A stretch of DNA of 64,000 nucleotides from a virus (lineage: Duplodnaviria; Caudoviricetes), in IMG/VR virus record IMGVR_UViG_3300044712_001509, positions 1,279 to 65,278 of that record. One strand, given 5' to 3'. Positions within the stretch are counted from its first letter, which is position 1, and each line of letters opens with the position of its first letter. Below the pieces are notes generated by a model. That model was not told the DNA's origin and did not search any database. It saw only the letters and a program-made list of their open reading frames with translations. Position numbers and translations under genes: made by a program. Shown here piece after piece: positions 45,901 through 53,804 of this stretch.

Positions 45901-46416
45901 ATGCGCCGTCTCGTCATCGCCGCCGTGCTCGCCCTCGCCGCCAACGCGGCCCGGGCCGACACCTACGTCTTCCCGACCCTTCGCATCGCCCGGGGCTACC
46001 AGGGGCCGGTCGTCGTCGACGTCCAGTGGTCGGACGGCACCCCGCGGCCGGCCGCCGCCATCGTCGGGGTCCTGAACGTCTACCGCTCGAGTTCGACGTC
46101 GGGGGCGACCGGGGCCCTGCTCCTGACCAAGGACATCGACCCCGCCGGCGGGTCCAACCCCACGAACCGGATGGTGATCTCCATCGCCTCGACCGACCTG
46201 ACGGCGCCCGGGACCTACTACGCCGAGATCCAGCTCGCGGAGGCGCTCGTCACCGACGTCCTGCACGGTCTCGTGACGGTGGAAGGGCAGCGGGTACCGG
46301 CGGGCGTCGGGCTCCTCGATGATCCGGGGCCGGTGCGCGAGGCGGTAGCGTTCGCGACCCCGCCCGAGGTTGAGCGGCGGTGGCGCGGCGGAGGTCCCAC
46401 CGGCGGGATGGGGTGA
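45901..46416 (+). CDS. BppU-like adaptor domain with signal peptide
   Basis: MRRLVIAAVLALAANAARA; DLTAPGTYYAEIQL...HGLVTV; GGAGG RBS. Confidence 0.65.
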   Translation: MRRLVIAAVLALAANAARADTYVFPTLRIARGYQGPVVVDVQWSDGTPRPAAAIVGVLNVYRSSSTSGATGALLLTKDIDPAGGSNPTNRMVISIASTDLTAPGTYYAEIQLAEALVTDVLHGLVTVEGQRVPAGVGLLDDPGPVREAVAFATPPEVERRWRGGGPTGGMG

Positions 46417-46419
46417 CGC

Positions 46420-46596
46420 TCAGGTCGTCGGCGCGCGGGCGGCGAGGAGGAGGATCCGGCGCGCCCACGCCGCGAGCGGTCGGTCGTCACGCTGGGCGGC
46501 GGCTCGGAGCTCCTCCCGCTCCTCGGGGGTGAGGGCGAGGAGGATCGCCCCGGCGCGGCGGGGGCCGCGGGCGGGCTTCATCTTGGGCCGGGCCAC
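46420..46596 (-). CDS. Ribbon-helix-helix DNA-binding protein (Aca-like position)
   Basis: ILLALTPEEREELRAAAQRDDRPLAAWARRILL; GAGGAG RBS. Confidence 0.7.
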   Translation of the reverse strand: MARPKMKPARGPRRAGAILLALTPEEREELRAAAQRDDRPLAAWARRILLLAARAPTT

Positions 46597-46878
46597 CTAC
46601 TCCTCCTCGCGCAGCGAGACGCCGCGGCGGGAGACGGAGAGATCCGAGGAGGGGGCGCCGCCGTAGGTCTCGACGTAGCGGGCGGCGTCGGCGGTGCACG
46701 GGACGGTCTGGAAGTGGTCCTCGGGCCGGTGGCTCGGATCGCGCTCCTCATGCGACACGCAGGGGTCTCCGCCGCGCAGGGCCTCGGCGAGGGCGGCGGC
46801 CGGCGTCGTGCCGACGCCGTAGATGCAGCCGGTGAGGTTCGTCGCGTCGATCGCTGCGTAGTGGGTCGTGGTCGTCAT
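46597..46878 (-). CDS. Small hypothetical protein (anti-defence candidate)
   Basis: AGGAG RBS; IYGVGTTPAAALAEA. Confidence 0.7.
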   Translation of the reverse strand: MTTTTHYAAIDATNLTGCIYGVGTTPAAALAEALRGGDPCVSHEERDPSHRPEDHFQTVPCTADAARYVETYGGAPSSDLSVSRRGVSLREEE

Positions 46879-47210
46879 GGCGGGGGTTCTCCTATGGCGG
46901 CGATGCGGGCGATCTCGGCGCGCAGCGTGACGGCGCGCGGGTCTTCGTTGCGGGCGAGGGCGTCGACGAGGTTGGCCGGCGTCCAGCGGGACGAGGGGCA
47001 GCCGTTGACCGGCCACGAATCGTCCGGGCGGAGATCGCGCACGTCGCGGATCGCGTCCGGCGGGAACGGTCCCCACGATCCCGAGCCCCAGGGCGTCGGG
47101 CCGGTGGCGATGGCGAACGGCCTGCCGGGCTCGTAGAGGAACACGAGCGAGGTGCCGCCGCAGTTGGCGTGCTTCCAGGTGATCACCTTCCAGGGTCCAG
47201 GGGTCGTCAT
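46875..47210 (-). CDS. Small hypothetical protein (anti-defence candidate)
   Basis: GAGGAG RBS; first gene after the promoter. Confidence 0.7.
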   Translation of the reverse strand: MTTPGPWKVITWKHANCGGTSLVFLYEPGRPFAIATGPTPWGSGSWGPFPPDAIRDVRDLRPDDSWPVNGCPSSRWTPANLVDALARNEDPRAVTLRAEIARIAAIGEPPP

Positions 47211-47233
47211 GGCGTCTCTCCTCGTGTCGGCGG

Positions 47234-47289
47234 GGCTCCATGCCGTCCGTCGATGATGAGAGTATATGCGCGGCATATGCGGCGCGCAA
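47234..47289 (-). promoter_or_regulatory. Sigma70-like promoter plus conserved 24-nt leader
   Basis: Minus strand TTGCGC-N17-TATACT; leader identical to 13063-13086; GCATAT repeats in the spacer. Confidence 0.8.
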
Positions 47290-47319
47290 GGGGACGGTCC
47301 GTCCCTGGTGGGGCGCACC

Positions 47320-47521
47320 CCGTACTCGCGCCGTACTCGCGCTGCTCGGCGAGCCTCGCCACCAGCGGTTTCAGAGTGAGGCGCCTGGGAATCGAACCCA
47401 GAACCACAGACCCTATAGGGGCCATGAGCGTCAGAAAAGGCCAATGATTCCGCGGTGGCCTGTCCCTCGTGTCCGTACCTGGGACGCCCGTGGGATCGGA
47501 GCGCGAGCAGCCGTACTCGCG
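47320..47521. other. attP: tRNA 3'-half core (47377-47405) with arm-type repeats
   Basis: Minus strand GGTTCTGGGTTCGATTCCCAGGCGCCTCA (T-arm plus acceptor strand); CCGTACTCGCG at 47320, 47331 and 47511; directly downstream of the integrase. Confidence 0.85.
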
Positions 47522-47522
47522 C

Positions 47523-48704
47523 TCAGCGCCGGCGCGGCTTCAGCGCCACCACCGCGGCGCGCGCGGCGCGGGCGCTCAGCTTCCCGACCTCGGCGCAGAG
47601 CTTCGCCCACTCCATCTCCGTGTACGCGCCCAGGACGTCGCCCGGGCGGCCGTGGCTGGCCCACCGGAGCGTCTCCCGGTCCGCGCCGTCGCTCAGGCAG
47701 AGGGAGATCCACGTCCGGCGGAGGTCGTGGACCCGACGCGGCCGCAGGCCCAGCGCGGCAAGGGCGCGGTGCAGCCGGCGCAGCGTGTGCCCCTTGGAGC
47801 GCATCCTGGGCTCCGGGGAGCCCCGCAGGCCGCGGAGGGGTAGCACGAGGTCGTCCGGGCCCGGCGCGCGCCCCAGGAACCGCTCCCAGCCGGTCAGGCG
47901 CCACGCCGCGAGCACCGCCGCGAGGGCGGGGAGCACGGGGACCTGGCGCGTCTGGCCGGTCTTGGTGCGCCCGCGCCGGTTCGACCGGGCGATGAGGAGC
48001 GACCCGAGGGGCTCCCGCTCGGCGTCGTAGTGCCGCCACCGCAGCGCGGCGAGCTCGCCGTGACGGAGGCCGGCGAGGGCGAGGAGGTGCCAGGCCACCC
48101 GGGAATCGGCCGGCCCGCCGGCGCCGAGGAGCCGCTCGACCTCGGCCCGCTGGAGCACCGCCGAGGCGCGCCACTCCGGGTCCACGTCCTCGATCGCGGG
48201 GAGGTGCGCCGGACGGGACAGGATCGCCGGGCTCTGGGGGATGAGGCCCCGCACCGCGGCGTCCCGGCACATGGCGTGGACGGTGGCGTACCTGTTGCGG
48301 ATCGTCCGCGCGGCCGCGCCCGCCGCGCGCCAGGCGTCCACCAGCTCGAGGAGGTGGCGCGGCTCGAGCCGGCGCAGGGGCATGGACCCGATGACCGGCA
48401 GGACGTGGAGGGTGAGGTGGATCCGGTCGTAGGTGGGGTCCCGGCGCGTCTCGAGCCAGGTCTCCGCCCACCGCTCCACCGTCAGGGGGGCGTCGGCGGC
48501 TCCGGCGGCCTCTTCCGCCTGGAGCTGGGAGCGGAGCGCGGCGAGCATCCGGCCGGCGAGCTCTCGGCCCTCGGGCGTGTCGGGGTAGGGGGTCGCCTTG
48601 GAGCGCCAGCGACCGGCGACGCGGACGGAGAGGTGCAGGCGCGTTCGGCCGGCCGGGAGGTAGACCGACCCGGACCACTCAGCGCGGGGCATGTCGGGAC
48701 CCAT
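47523..48704 (-). CDS. int: Tyrosine integrase
   Basis: GLRHGE, TKTG, HDLRRT, SHG...AY. Confidence 0.95.
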   Translation of the reverse strand: MGPDMPRAEWSGSVYLPAGRTRLHLSVRVAGRWRSKATPYPDTPEGRELAGRMLAALRSQLQAEEAAGAADAPLTVERWAETWLETRRDPTYDRIHLTLHVLPVIGSMPLRRLEPRHLLELVDAWRAAGAAARTIRNRYATVHAMCRDAAVRGLIPQSPAILSRPAHLPAIEDVDPEWRASAVLQRAEVERLLGAGGPADSRVAWHLLALAGLRHGELAALRWRHYDAEREPLGSLLIARSNRRGRTKTGQTRQVPVLPALAAVLAAWRLTGWERFLGRAPGPDDLVLPLRGLRGSPEPRMRSKGHTLRRLHRALAALGLRPRRVHDLRRTWISLCLSDGADRETLRWASHGRPGDVLGAYTEMEWAKLCAEVGKLSARAARAAVVALKPRRR

Positions 48705-48711
48705 AGCAGGA

Positions 48712-49014
48712 TCAGCCGCCGCGGTGGAGCGCCAGGACGGCGACGCGGGCGTGCTCCTCGGGGGACGCGGGTTTAGGAGCCGGAAGGCCCGCCCGGTCGA
48801 TGCGCCACGTCCGGCCGTGGCGGGTGGCGCGCAGACGGCCCGCGGCGGCCCAGCGCCCCACCGTCTTGGGGGTGACGCCGAGCAGTTCCGCGGCCTGCTC
48901 CGTCGTGGCCCACCCCTCGCCGGCGGCGGGCGGGCGGACCTCGGCGAGGGCGCGCGCGAGCTCCTCGCGAACCATGGCGCGGATCTCCTCGAGGCTGGGG
49001 ACCACGGCGCCCAC
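48712..49014 (-). CDS. xis: Excisionase (HTH_17/MerR-like)
   Basis: TTEQAAELLGVTPKTVGRWAAAGRL...WRI; adjacent to int. Confidence 0.85.
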   Translation of the reverse strand: MGAVVPSLEEIRAMVREELARALAEVRPPAAGEGWATTEQAAELLGVTPKTVGRWAAAGRLRATRHGRTWRIDRAGLPAPKPASPEEHARVAVLALHRGG

Positions 49015-49016
49015 GG

Positions 49017-49184
49017 CTAGTCAGACCCTCCGGGGCGCGCGGCGCGCCAGTCGTTGTAGAGGTCGGTCGCGATCCAGGCGGTGAGACCGAGTTGGAGCAC
49101 GCACAGCCGCCACGACCCCTCCGCCGCGGCGACGACGGCGGAACCGGCGGCGAGGATGAGCATGAACAGGCCGAACCCGCTCAC
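49017..49184 (-). CDS. Small two-TM membrane protein
   Basis: Two hydrophobic segments; GTGA coupling. Confidence 0.5.
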   Translation of the reverse strand: MSGFGLFMLILAAGSAVVAAAEGSWRLCVLQLGLTAWIATDLYNDWRAARPGGSD

Positions 49185-49423
49185 CGCCCCTCCCGTTTGC
49201 GAGAGGCGCGGCGCAGGCGGGCGAGGGCGCGGCACATCGGGCAGCGCTCGCGCATCGGCTTCGCCTGACAGCCGCGGTCGCTGGCCGTCTCGTCCTCGCA
49301 GGCGCGCGCCACGGCCTTGAGGTCGCGGAGCTGGCGGCGCACCGCTCGCGCTCCCTTGCCGTCCATGTAGAGCGCCCCCTCCACGAAGGCGGTCAGATCC
49401 GGCGCGATCGTCCTACGTCCCAT
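49181..49423 (-). CDS. Hypothetical protein, paralog of 49413-49664
   Basis: IAPDL...ALARLRRASR. Confidence 0.6.
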   Translation of the reverse strand: MGRRTIAPDLTAFVEGALYMDGKGARAVRRQLRDLKAVARACEDETASDRGCQAKPMRERCPMCRALARLRRASRKREGR

Positions 49424-49664
49424 CGCTCCCCTCCTGCCGGCTGGCTCGCACGAGTCGACCGAGGGCCTTCCCCAGCCGCTCCTCCGACTTGTTCTGGTGC
49501 CGCGTCCACTGCCGCAGGTAGCGGGCGTGGACGGCCTGTGCCGCCTCAACCACCCGACACATTGCTGAGAACTGCTCCCGCTCCGCGGCCGACAGCATGA
49601 GCGCCGACGCCCGCTCGCGTAGCAGGGCCTCAAGATCGGGCGCGATCTTCGCCTTGGTCTTCAT
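49413..49664 (-). CDS. Hypothetical protein, paralog of 49181-49423
   Basis: IAPDL...ALGRLVRASR. Confidence 0.6.
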   Translation of the reverse strand: MKTKAKIAPDLEALLRERASALMLSAAEREQFSAMCRVVEAAQAVHARYLRQWTRHQNKSEERLGKALGRLVRASRQEGSDGT

Positions 49665-50104
49665 CGCTGCCCCCCGAGGTCCCAGTCCTGACCGTCCTCG
49701 CGCCAGAAGGCTCCGCACACGTCGCAACGCACGCCGTCAGGACCGCCGAGGAGTCTGCCGACGTGCCTGCACTCCGGGGCCGCGGGGGACGAGGGGCGCG
49801 GCCAGCGGTCCACCTCCTCGCCGTTCGCCCCGTTGATCGCGATGTGGTCGCAGAGGTGGCCCCGTGGCAGCGAGCACGCGAAGTCGGCCTCGCTGAGCAC
49901 CGAGCACACCCGCAGGTGATGCTCCGTGGTCGCGGAGCGGTCCGCCGCCAGCAGGTCCGCGAGCCGGATCGAGTCCAGCGTCTCGGTGATGTCCCGCGCG
50001 AGGCCCGGGTAGTCCTTCGCGATGTCGCCTGCCACGTCGCGCATGAGGGCGACGCAGCGGATCAGCGAGTTCCGCATCGAGCGGGGCGCCTCGGTCCTCG
50101 TCAT
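49661..50104 (-). CDS. Hypothetical Cys/His protein
   Basis: ATGA coupling; CSLPRGH..DH; CDVCG. Confidence 0.55.
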   Translation of the reverse strand: MTRTEAPRSMRNSLIRCVALMRDVAGDIAKDYPGLARDITETLDSIRLADLLAADRSATTEHHLRVCSVLSEADFACSLPRGHLCDHIAINGANGEEVDRWPRPSSPAAPECRHVGRLLGGPDGVRCDVCGAFWREDGQDWDLGGQR

Positions 50105-50304
50105 GGCGTCGCTCCTCGCGGCACCCAGCCGCGGATCTCCACCGGACCGACGAACGCCTGCCACCGCCACACGTCCGCCATCGGGTTCGATTGGGGGATC
50201 CAGTAGAACGCGCCGAACGGGACCCACTTCCGCCAGCCCATCCAGACGATCTCCACGTTCTCGCCCAGCCACAGCGCCGGTCGGCCGAAGGCGTCGCGCC
50301 TCAC
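50101..50304 (-). CDS. Trp-rich hypothetical protein
   Basis: GGAGG RBS; GTGA coupling. Confidence 0.5.
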   Translation of the reverse strand: MRRDAFGRPALWLGENVEIVWMGWRKWVPFGAFYWIPQSNPMADVWRWQAFVGPVEIRGWVPRGATP

Positions 50305-50534
50305 GTCCCACCTCCCGTGCTGGGGTCGCGCAGCCAGTAGTGCGCGTGACCGTCGGAGCGAACGTCGCTGCGTCCGTGCAGTATCGCCTGCACCGCGTAG
50401 CCGTCGAGCCCCGACTCCAGGCCGGTGATCTGCTTCCATGCCCACGAGAAGCCGGCGGCGTTGAACAGCCCGTCGCTGCCGCCGAACCGGCGCGCCGCCC
50501 GGATGCACACGTAGTGGATCAGGTCCACGCTCAC
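50301..50534 (-). CDS. Hypothetical protein
   Basis: RBS lies in the junction repeat; GTGA coupling. Confidence 0.55.
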   Translation of the reverse strand: MSVDLIHYVCIRAARRFGGSDGLFNAAGFSWAWKQITGLESGLDGYAVQAILHGRSDVRSDGHAHYWLRDPSTGGGT

Positions 50535-50785
50535 GTCCCCTCCCTCTCTCCGCCGTGGTCCCCGGGGGCGGGGGCGCGCTCCGGGAACAGCATCGCGTTC
50601 TGGATGGCGAGCAGTTCGTGCATCCGCCGCGAGTCGATGACCCCCGCCGTGTAGCCCTCGCCGATCACGCGGTCGCAGACCCGCAGGACATGACGCCGGA
50701 ACACCCGCACCACGAGCCAATGCCACAGCGGGGCGCGCTGGAGGTACCCCGCCGCCCACCGCTTCACCTCGACCATCTCACCCAC
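50531..50785 (-). CDS. Hypothetical protein
   Basis: AAGGAGG RBS; ends PGDHGGEREGT. Confidence 0.55.
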   Translation of the reverse strand: MGEMVEVKRWAAGYLQRAPLWHWLVVRVFRRHVLRVCDRVIGEGYTAGVIDSRRMHELLAIQNAMLFPERAPAPGDHGGEREGT

Positions 50786-50975
50786 GTCCGTCCTCCTTGT
50801 CGCTGGGGTCGCGCGCAGCGTCGTCGTCGCTGTCGTAGTCGTCGTCGCGGTGCTCGTCATCGAAAGGGTCGCAGTGCATGCACGCGTCCTGCTCGGGCGT
50901 GTCATCGAAGCAGCAGTCGTCGATGTCTCCGCCGCAGTGGCACAGCATCCAGCAGTGGGGGCACGAGTGGGCCAT
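50778..50975 (-). CDS. Cys/Asp-rich microprotein
   Basis: MAHSCPHCWMLCHCGGDIDDCC...CMHC; acidic tail. Confidence 0.6.
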   Translation of the reverse strand: MAHSCPHCWMLCHCGGDIDDCCFDDTPEQDACMHCDPFDDEHRDDDYDSDDDAARDPSDKEDGRG

Positions 50976-51604
50976 CACGTCCCCTCCCTCTCTCCGCCGT
51001 GGTCCCCGGGGGAGGGGGCGGAATCGACGGCGAGTTGTGCAGCCTCGATGACATGCGGAGCGGCGTGGAGGTCGCGGAGCGTCTGGACGAACCCGGCGCC
51101 CACCGACTCCCGCATCCGCTCGTCCTGCCACTCCTTCCATGTCGCGCCGACGATCCCGGTCCCTGGGAACAGGTCGACGAGGGAATCGCCGAGCTGCGCG
51201 CCGACCATCTCGAACGCCCATCGGACGACCTTCGGCGGCTTCGCCCCGGTGAGCCCCTTCTTCAGCGTGATGGACTCCGCGATCCAGTCGCGCATGACGA
51301 CGCGCTTGGTCACCACCGGCTTGCGGCACGCCTTCACGATCACCGGCTCCCAGGCGTAGGCCACGGAGACGTTGCGCTTGAAGGCGGCGAACGGCTTAAC
51401 CCACGCCATGACGCGCTCCCCCCCCAGCAGCTTCGGTGCCAACTGCACGAGTCCGGGAACGTGGGTGTGCAGCACGAAGCCGTCGAAGTCGGAACGGAGC
51501 CGCGCCAGGAGCGCGTCGTGGTCCACCTCGCCCGCATAGTCCGGGTGGCCCTCGTAGTAGTGCGCGCACCCGGGATAGGGCGGGTCGGCGTAGGCGATCC
51601 TCAC
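50975..51604 (-). CDS. DNA methyltransferase (N6-adenine-like, compact)
   Basis: YADPPY, AWVKP, YAWEPVI, GAKP, DLFPGTG. Confidence 0.85.
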   Translation of the reverse strand: MRIAYADPPYPGCAHYYEGHPDYAGEVDHDALLARLRSDFDGFVLHTHVPGLVQLAPKLLGGERVMAWVKPFAAFKRNVSVAYAWEPVIVKACRKPVVTKRVVMRDWIAESITLKKGLTGAKPPKVVRWAFEMVGAQLGDSLVDLFPGTGIVGATWKEWQDERMRESVGAGFVQTLRDLHAAPHVIEAAQLAVDSAPSPGDHGGEREGT

Positions 51605-52674
51605 CGTCCATCCTCCTTGTCCTGGTCCCCGATCCCCGGGGTGGGGGCGGCGAGGGCGTCGAGTGCCTCGGCGAGGGCCCAGAGGCCGGGGAAGAACACG
51701 CAGCCCTCGTTCGCGCGCCTGAGCGTTCGTGCGGCGTCCAGCACCTTCGCCGCGAGCTTGCGGCGCCGCTCCACCTCCTCGGCCGGGAGCATCACCGTGG
51801 AGCCGTCCGCCTCGTACCAGGGCGCCAGCGCGGGGGCCGGGGTGGGGGCGGCGAGGGACCGCACGTGGCGAACCTCGTTGTCGATCCAGTCCAGCCACGG
51901 GGAACGTGTACCGTTGTCCCGCTCGCGCTTGACCCTGGCCTCGAAGTGGTCCGCTACCTCCCTGCGTCCCTCCTCGCGGCCCTTGGCGCGCGCCTGGTCG
52001 TAGAGGTTCACCACCGTCTCGCCGGGCGCGTACTCGACGGAATCGAGGTCGAGGTCGGCGTCCGGCGCCCCCGTGTTCTCCCTGGCGCGGGCGGAGCGAC
52101 GCTTCGACGGGTAGAACTTCTCCAGCGGGACGCACCACCCGTCCTCGTTGCCGTGGCCGCAGCAGTCGTCGCACATGACGGCGAGGGTCTCGATCCGGCC
52201 CTCGCCCCACCCTACGCACACCGCGTCCTTGCCGCACTCGCAGGTCGGGAGATCACCGAAGGCCAGCACGCAGATCACCTCGCGGATGATCTGCTCCACC
52301 CGCTCTCGCTCCTCATCGGGGTCCGGCGCCGCGGTCGCGTGGGTCCCGGTGGAGGAGAGGGCGCGAAGCTTCGCGGCGTGGTCGCGGATGATGTGCCGCC
52401 TGGAGCGGCCGTGCGAGTTGCTCGCTGTGATCGAATCGGCGTGAGCCTCCCACTCCTTCGCCAGCGCCTCGACGGCCTCCCTGAGCCCCGGCGACGAGGG
52501 GGAGGAACGGGAGGCCCGGACCTCGGCAAGCAGAGACGGGAACAGGCGGATGGCGGCGTCGTAAAAGACCGTGGCCTGGAGCACGGCGGCCCCTTCCTCC
52601 ACCTCTATGTGGTTGGGCGCGTAGCCGTAGACCTCGGTCAGCTCGTCGAGTTGGTTCTGCGTCAGCCTCGTCAT
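51601..52674 (-). CDS. Mosaic hypothetical protein
   Basis: ATGA coupling; segments separated by LAAPTP linkers; CECG, CDDCC. Confidence 0.55.
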   Translation of the reverse strand: MTRLTQNQLDELTEVYGYAPNHIEVEEGAAVLQATVFYDAAIRLFPSLLAEVRASRSSPSSPGLREAVEALAKEWEAHADSITASNSHGRSRRHIIRDHAAKLRALSSTGTHATAAPDPDEERERVEQIIREVICVLAFGDLPTCECGKDAVCVGWGEGRIETLAVMCDDCCGHGNEDGWCVPLEKFYPSKRRSARARENTGAPDADLDLDSVEYAPGETVVNLYDQARAKGREEGRREVADHFEARVKRERDNGTRSPWLDWIDNEVRHVRSLAAPTPAPALAPWYEADGSTVMLPAEEVERRRKLAAKVLDAARTLRRANEGCVFFPGLWALAEALDALAAPTPGIGDQDKEDGR

Positions 52675-52880
52675 CGCGTCCTCGTGGGCTTCTCGTTGTA
52701 GAAGGGGCACAGGTTCTCGGGGCAGGTTCCGTCCTTCGCGAGCTTCGTCCCGCACTTTCCGCAGTAGACCGGCTCGGGCGCGGGGCTCGGGGGGAATGGG
52801 GGCGTCTTCCCGCAGCTCGGGCAGCGCGTCGTGTCGATGAAGGGGAACGCGGCGCGGCAGTGGGGGCAGGTCAGCGTCAT
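52671..52880 (-). CDS. Multi-zinc-ribbon protein
   Basis: CPHC, CPSCG, CGKCG, CPENLC. Confidence 0.6.
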   Translation of the reverse strand: MTLTCPHCRAAFPFIDTTRCPSCGKTPPFPPSPAPEPVYCGKCGTKLAKDGTCPENLCPFYNEKPTRTR

Positions 52881-53068
52881 CGTTCCCCCTTGGAGGCACG
52901 GTCACCGTCACTCGGTCCCACGATGCGCAGAAACGCGGTCCGGGGTCCCTTCGGCGCCAGCGCAGAGCACTCGTCGCACGGAAAGACGCGCGTTCGCCCG
53001 TCCACGCCCGTCACCCGGATGACCCTGCTCCCGCCGCAGAGGCCGCACTGGGGCTCCGTCATCGTCAT
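52877..53068 (-). CDS. Small zinc-ribbon protein
   Basis: CGLCGG...CDEC. Confidence 0.55.
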   Translation of the reverse strand: MTMTEPQCGLCGGSRVIRVTGVDGRTRVFPCDECSALAPKGPRTAFLRIVGPSDGDRASKGER

Positions 53069-53448
53069 GGCGTGCTCCCCCTCTCTCCCTTGGCGCGCGC
53101 CTCGTCCCAGGAGCGGAGGGCCCCGGCCACGGGCTGCGCGACGTGCGCGAGAGCGAGCCGCACGCACTCAGCGATGGCGGAGGCGGCCGTCTCCTCCGTC
53201 TCCGGGAGGCCGTTCACCTTCGGGGTCACGGGCAGCGAGGCGCGGCGCCCCACCTCCCGCAGCGCATCCGCCAGCCCGGAGGCTGCGGCCTCGGCGGACC
53301 TGCACCGCTGGCAGAGCGCCATGATCACGTCGGCGTACTCCTGCTCTCGGCTCGACGGGTCGTCGCGCTGATCCGCCGTCCGCTCGTAGACGGCGCGGTG
53401 CAGCTCGTCGAGGTCGCCCTTCAAGACCGCTTCCCAGTTCGTGCTCAT
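53065..53448 (-). CDS. Hypothetical protein
   Basis: ATGA couplings. Confidence 0.55.
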   Translation of the reverse strand: MSTNWEAVLKGDLDELHRAVYERTADQRDDPSSREQEYADVIMALCQRCRSAEAAASGLADALREVGRRASLPVTPKVNGLPETEETAASAIAECVRLALAHVAQPVAGALRSWDEARAKGERGSTP

Positions 53449-53804
53449 CGCGCACCCCCTGCCCTGCGAGACCAGGCGTCGGGCACGGCCACGGTTTTGG
53501 AGTCGCCGCACTCGCACTCGCGGACGATGACGACCCGCTGACGGTCCCCGTGGCCGCACTTGAGCGGTCCCGGTAGCGCGAGGTCCGGCCCCCGCAGGGC
53601 ATCGAGGAGCGCGGCGAAGGCGTCCTTGGCCGGGAGGTTGATGTAGCTCCGCTCCTCGCCGGTTCCGCGTCGGTCATTGATGAATCGGACGTGCTCGTCG
53701 CGGAAGTTCCCCGCGCCGACTCGGGCCTCGATGTACCAAGTCCGCTTCCCATCCAGCGGTCCCAGCGCGTCCACCAGCCCCTCGAACGCCTTGAGGTCGC
53801 TCAC
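53445..53804 (-). CDS. Hypothetical protein
   Basis: GGAGG RBS; GTGA coupling; CGH...CECG. Confidence 0.55.
   Translation of the reverse strand: MSDLKAFEGLVDALGPLDGKRTWYIEARVGAGNFRDEHVRFINDRRGTGEERSYINLPAKDAFAALLDALRGPDLALPGPLKCGHGDRQRVVIVRECECGDSKTVAVPDAWSRRAGGAR

Larger units (their letters stand above)
50531..51020. repeat. 46-bp direct repeat (1 mismatch) at gene junctions
   Basis: TCACGTCCCCTCCCTCTCTCCGCCGTGGTCCCCGGGGG(C/A)GGGGGCG at 50531-50576 and 50975-51020. Confidence 0.9.

Noticed and set aside
47377-47410. tRNA gene
   Set aside because: Only the T-arm and 3' acceptor strand are present; no D-arm or 5' acceptor. Better explained as the attP core.
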